Shown here in pieces: positions 60,588-64,000 of a DNA stretch of 64,000 nt. A model generated the notes under the pieces. It worked only from the letters and a program-made list of their open reading frames with translations. It was not told where the DNA came from and did not search any database. The position numbers and the translations under genes are program-made. Source of the DNA: Thermoproteota archaeon (GTDB lineage: Archaea; Thermoproteota; Thermoprotei; Thermofilales; B9-G17); assembly GCA_029258885.1 (NCBI GenBank), contig JAPDJW010000009.1, forward strand, positions 96,001 through 160,000, in the 5' to 3' direction. How positions within the stretch are numbered: position 1 is the first letter of the stretch; each line of letters starts with the position of its first letter.

Positions 60588-61620
60588 AGTAAGGCCTGTA
60601 TGGTTTGATTCGCTGGGAGCTAAGTCCTCCTGTACGCTAGTTAAGACACCGGATGTTAATATACTCATAGATCCCGGAGTAGCAATAATGCATTCATCCT
60701 TCCCAGCGTCGCCGGAGGATAAGGTGAGGTGGGTTAGGGAGGGCAGGGAGGAAATTAGAAGGGCTGCTGAAGAGGCTGATGTAGTAGTTATTTCACACTA
60801 CCACTACGACCACTTCACCGATTTCGATAAGGCACTATATGAGGGCAAGATAATCTTCGCCAAGAATCCAAATCAGTACATAAATGACTCCCAGAGGAAG
60901 AGGGCATTAAGGTTCTATAGCAACCTATTCGAGGCGTTTGGCCTAAACCTGGAGGAGATGGTGCTTGAGCCCATCGACGGTGGATGGAGAGACATAATTG
61001 ATGATTTAAGGCATGCATTATCGCTCGACTATGGCGACTATTGGAGTAGAAAGGTGGAATTACTTGAAAAGGGTAGGAAGTGGTTTGAAAACAGGAGGGA
61101 TAAATGGAGAACATACCATAGAATACCTGAAATAAATACAGAGAATTTCTCACTATACTTCACTGAGGGAAAGAGCTTTAAATTTGGGGAGACATGTATT
61201 TCATTTAAAGGCCCCCTATTTCATGGAATAGAATACTCCAGAGTTGGATGGGTATTCTCCACGGTTATAGAATATGGTGGATATAAGATCGTACATACAA
61301 GCGACCTAAACGGACCTATAATAGAGGACTACGCCGACTGGATAATAGAGGAACAGCCTAACATAATTATACTGGATGGCCCAATGACCTACATGCTGGG
61401 CTACATGCTAAACCGGATAAATCTGAGGAGAGCGATTGAAAACGCCAGGCGTATAGTGGAGGAGGTGGACTTCGACTTAATGATATACGACCACCACTTA
61501 CCTAGGGAACCGAGATTTAGAGAGAGGACAAGCATTATCTGGAGGACTGCAGAGGATCTTAATAAGAAGGTTCTAACAGCCGCAGAATACCTGGGGAGAA
61601 AACCAGTAGTATTAATGTAA
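60580..61620 (+). CDS. UPF0282-like MBL-fold metallo-hydrolase
   Basis: WFDSLGAKSSC, LIDPGV, ISHYHYDH, FHG, VHTSDL, ILDGP and YDHHLPRE motifs. Confidence 0.85.
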   Translation: MIEVRPVWFDSLGAKSSCTLVKTPDVNILIDPGVAIMHSSFPASPEDKVRWVREGREEIRRAAEEADVVVISHYHYDHFTDFDKALYEGKIIFAKNPNQYINDSQRKRALRFYSNLFEAFGLNLEEMVLEPIDGGWRDIIDDLRHALSLDYGDYWSRKVELLEKGRKWFENRRDKWRTYHRIPEINTENFSLYFTEGKSFKFGETCISFKGPLFHGIEYSRVGWVFSTVIEYGGYKIVHTSDLNGPIIEDYADWIIEEQPNIIILDGPMTYMLGYMLNRINLRRAIENARRIVEEVDFDLMIYDHHLPREPRFRERTSIIWRTAEDLNKKVLTAAEYLGRKPVVLM

Positions 61621-61628
61621 GTTGCCAA

Positions 61629-62060
61629 CTATGGTAAATTTCCTTTTAAGTACTCCTCCGGAGTTATTGTTTCAAATGAACCTCTACCTTGGAAATGCCT
61701 CTTATTCCATGTAATTAATGTATCAACATCATTTTCTTCCAATATCCATGCTATTTGTGCATCACTAAAACTCATTTGTCTAAGAATATAATCCAGCAGC
61801 TTTGATATATATGCTAGCTGAGAGTACCATTTTTTCCAAAAAAGAATTTCGAAGTCTCTCCTTCTATGCAATAGTAAGAATAATTGTCGTGCCTTCGTAG
61901 CATTTTGCGCTATAGCCATTAAACCCGTAAGTTCAAGTACGTTTACAATGGTGGTTGCTTTACTAATATCTGACTCGATAATTGTCTTAGAGTATCTATA
62001 ACGCTTATCCCACTTAAAGATAAAATATATTGCTAGTACATCGGTATCTAATGCTATCAC
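61629..62060 (-). CDS. vapC: PIN-domain toxin (VapC-like)
   Basis: IALDTDVL, NVLEL, SFSDAQIA and LITWNKRHF PIN acidic motifs; coupled to an RHH gene by a 4-bp overlap. Confidence 0.85.
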   Translation of the reverse strand: MIALDTDVLAIYFIFKWDKRYRYSKTIIESDISKATTIVNVLELTGLMAIAQNATKARQLFLLLHRRRDFEILFWKKWYSQLAYISKLLDYILRQMSFSDAQIAWILEENDVDTLITWNKRHFQGRGSFETITPEEYLKGNLP

Positions 62061-62383
62061 AGTTTCCTACCTCTAATTCTACCAATAATCTCATCTAATT
62101 CTATAGTATTAAAAAACTTCCTTAGATTTTCCTTGGCTTTTTCAATATCTATTTCAATAGTATCGCTAGGTCCTAGATCTCTGTTTAATTTACCGGAACG
62201 ATACGCTGCTATTACGAGATCTTCTCTGCTTAAGAGTAGGGAATAGTCTAGTAGCAGTCTCCTCAGGGATTCAGCTACAGCCTCACTTCTAGACCTAAAT
62301 ATACCTAGCTCAATAAGCTTATCTAATTCCTCAATTATATTCTCCGAAACTCTAACCTGAAGCAGTACATTTTTCTTTTTCAT
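62057..62383 (-). CDS. Ribbon-helix-helix antitoxin (CopG-like)
   Basis: VLLQVRVSENIIEELDKLIELGIFRSRSEAVAESLR is an RHH signature; upstream of the PIN gene. Confidence 0.85.
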   Translation of the reverse strand: MKKKNVLLQVRVSENIIEELDKLIELGIFRSRSEAVAESLRRLLLDYSLLLSREDLVIAAYRSGKLNRDLGPSDTIEIDIEKAKENLRKFFNTIELDEIIGRIRGRKL

Positions 62384-62410
62384 ACATGTATGTTAAATAA
62401 ATACATGTAT
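62381..62410. promoter_or_regulatory. Twin ATACATGTAT palindromes at the TA promoter (autoregulatory operator candidate)
   Basis: CATACATGTATG at 62381-62392 and ATACATGTAT at 62401-62410, overlapping the antitoxin start. Confidence 0.65.
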
Positions 62411-62443
62411 AAATCTTTATGCTTGTGATTTTGATCAAATATT

Positions 62444-63157
62444 TTATCTTGCTCTTTCCTGAACTAGTGGCTCAAGCAGTGTCCACAGCCATCCAACGAA
62501 TTCGCTTAGATTCTTAGTTTGCAGGTAGACCTCGCCGGGTCCCTCTATCTCCACTACCAGCCCCTCTCCGCTGAGGAATAGCTCCTTTAATCCACCTATC
62601 CTCCTAACCCAGTATTTACAGGTATCGGAGAAGGCCACTAGATGGAAGTTGTCGACGATAAGTCTCTCTCCGGGGAGCAGGTCGTGTCTATCAATAGCTC
62701 CAAACGTATTAATAAATAGTTCACCGCTACCAGTAGCTCTAATCATGAACAGGCCCTGGCCAAAGATTCCACGAGTAAATCCCTGCCACTTAATATCCAA
62801 GTTAACTCCAGGAGTTGAAGCTATGTAGGCGGATTTCTGAATAATGAAACCTCTTCCAGGCTCAATCTTCAAGCTAGTTATATCACCCAATGGAGCAGCG
62901 ACAAGCCCTATCTCACCGGGGCCGCCCCTAGCTACATAGTCGTTTACAAAGAAGCTCTGCCCACCTAGAATCGCCAGCTTAAGAGCATCAAATATGCTCT
63001 GCCTAACCTTAGTCCTAACCTCAATGTTAGGAGTCATGTACGTCATAGCGCCAGCTTCAGCCGTAATATACTCCTCTGGATCGAGGTAGACGACGAGCAT
63101 CGAATATGAAGGCCTATACTTGATTTCATATCTCATAAAGACACCATTATTTATCAA
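62444..63157 (-). CDS. TIGR00266/AIM24 family protein
   Basis: YRPSYSML, AEAGAMTYM, GGQSFFVN, GLFMIRATGSGELF, VDNFHLVAF and SGEGLV...GPGEVYLQT motifs. Confidence 0.9.
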   Translation of the reverse strand: MINNGVFMRYEIKYRPSYSMLVVYLDPEEYITAEAGAMTYMTPNIEVRTKVRQSIFDALKLAILGGQSFFVNDYVARGGPGEIGLVAAPLGDITSLKIEPGRGFIIQKSAYIASTPGVNLDIKWQGFTRGIFGQGLFMIRATGSGELFINTFGAIDRHDLLPGERLIVDNFHLVAFSDTCKYWVRRIGGLKELFLSGEGLVVEIEGPGEVYLQTKNLSEFVGWLWTLLEPLVQERAR

Positions 63158-63181
63158 TAACCCGACAATTATTAAGATAAC

Positions 63182-63199
63182 TCCACTAAGCTTAGTGGA
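63182..63199. promoter_or_regulatory. Perfect 18-bp palindrome TCCACTAAGCTTAGTGGA between proS and the AIM24 gene
   Basis: Exact inverted repeat 25 bp upstream of the annotated AIM24 start. Confidence 0.45.
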
Positions 63200-63293
63200 T
63201 GCATTTCCCCGAAATAGGGCACGAAGGCCTTAAACTATAGTTATGAAATAAACGTGAAAGTATATCAAAGAATGTTCGTTGGGTTAAGTGGTT

Positions 63294-64000
63294 TTAGTAT
63301 GCCTTAGCTACGTAGACCAGTTCTTTAGCTTTTTCCCCACACCATGCGCATACGCCATCTATCTTTCCATCCCAGTTCAATGGCGTACCTCTTACTTTAG
63401 CTCCATTAGTAGCTTCTCTCATGTTCTCAGCACACTCCTCCCTGCCACAGAACCTCATCCTAACTATCTTCCTCCTCTCAATAGCCTCTATAAGCTCCTC
63501 CCTACTATCTACGTCAACAATATTGCTTTCAAAGAACTCCTTAGCCCTAGCTTTAAGGTTCTCAAGAATCTCCCTCGACAGCTCCATGATTCTATTGTAG
63601 AGCTTATCCTCGGGAACCTTCTCCCTTCTCCTCGTATCCCTTCTAAATAGCGTCAGCATTCCTGATTCAATCTCCTTTCTACCGATCTCTATCCTTATTG
63701 GAACGCCCTTAAGCTCCCAGTCGTTAAACTTCCATCCCGGAGTCTTCTCCTCCCTATCGTCAATATGTACTCTCAATCCCTTACTTCTAAGAATCCCTTC
63801 TATCTCCCTGCATTTGCCTAAAACAGCATTCTTCTCCTCGGGCTTATAGTATATTGGTATAATGACTACCTGTATGGGGGCAACCTCGAAGGGCAATACC
63901 AGCCCCTTATCGTCGCCGTGTATTGATATTAGGGCTGCAACTATCCTCCAGATGCCGGGTCCATAGCACGTCTGCCACACATACTTCCTCTCACCGTCCT
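63294..64000 (-). CDS. proS: Proline--tRNA ligase, archaeal type (3' part; runs off the window)
   Basis: Frame is open to the window end (DGERKYVWQTCYG). HGDDKGLVLP...APIQVVIIPI, TPGWKFNDWELKGVPIRIEIG and the C-terminal CAWCG...VAKAY. Confidence 0.95.
   Translation of the reverse strand, partial: DGERKYVWQTCYGPGIWRIVAALISIHGDDKGLVLPFEVAPIQVVIIPIYYKPEEKNAVLGKCREIEGILRSKGLRVHIDDREEKTPGWKFNDWELKGVPIRIEIGRKEIESGMLTLFRRDTRRREKVPEDKLYNRIMELSREILENLKARAKEFFESNIVDVDSREELIEAIERRKIVRMRFCGREECAENMREATNGAKVRGTPLNWDGKIDGVCAWCGEKAKELVYVAKAY

Noticed and set aside
517-63650. Numerous 60-180 aa ORFs antisense to or nested within long genes (e.g. 1154..1549, 16299..16739, 35026..35571, 49460..49921)
   Set aside because: They are shadow frames of well-supported genes, with Ser/Leu/Ile-rich composition, no motifs and no SD.

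Overview
Archaeal chromosomal segment, probably Thermoproteota. This rests on GGAGGTGA-type ribosome-binding sites, AT-rich TATA-like promoters, TrmB, archaeal ThiDN/ThiR, archaeal-type ProRS and C/D box guide RNAs; the taxon is inferred, not proven. About 52 protein genes are supported. They include an OPT-like membrane pair with two GH57 genes and TrmB, a heterodimeric ABC exporter, ion transporters, alkA, and a thiamine-salvage operon (cytX-thiDN-thiW plus an uncharacterised P-loop gene) with a perfect 26-bp upstream palindrome and a nearby ThiR-type regulator. Two giant surface-anchored multidomain proteins are present, along with adk, thiI, gdhA, a 2-oxoacid:ferredoxin oxidoreductase alpha/beta pair, a VapBC-type TA pair and the 3' part of proS. 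Features missing from the ORF track are four C/D box sRNA candidates, a K-loop/ACA hairpin, several perfect palindromes at promoters, a phased GTAAAC array, a 55-aa coiled-coil ORF and three damaged genes: a lamin-tail-domain pseudogene, a frameshift-split membrane beta-propeller gene and fprA with an in-frame amber codon. The most notable leads are (i) terminal polyproline tracts (5-9 Pro) on five unrelated membrane proteins, (ii) a P-loop protein at the thiamine-operon position of the missing thiazole kinase, (iii) a single-pass protein with an extracellular domain array and a ~750-aa Cys-punctuated coiled coil, and (iv) an OPT-like pair in tandem with starch-degrading enzymes. No CRISPR array, tRNA, rRNA or transposase was seen. 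All rRNA target matches are from recalled consensus sequence and need a real search.
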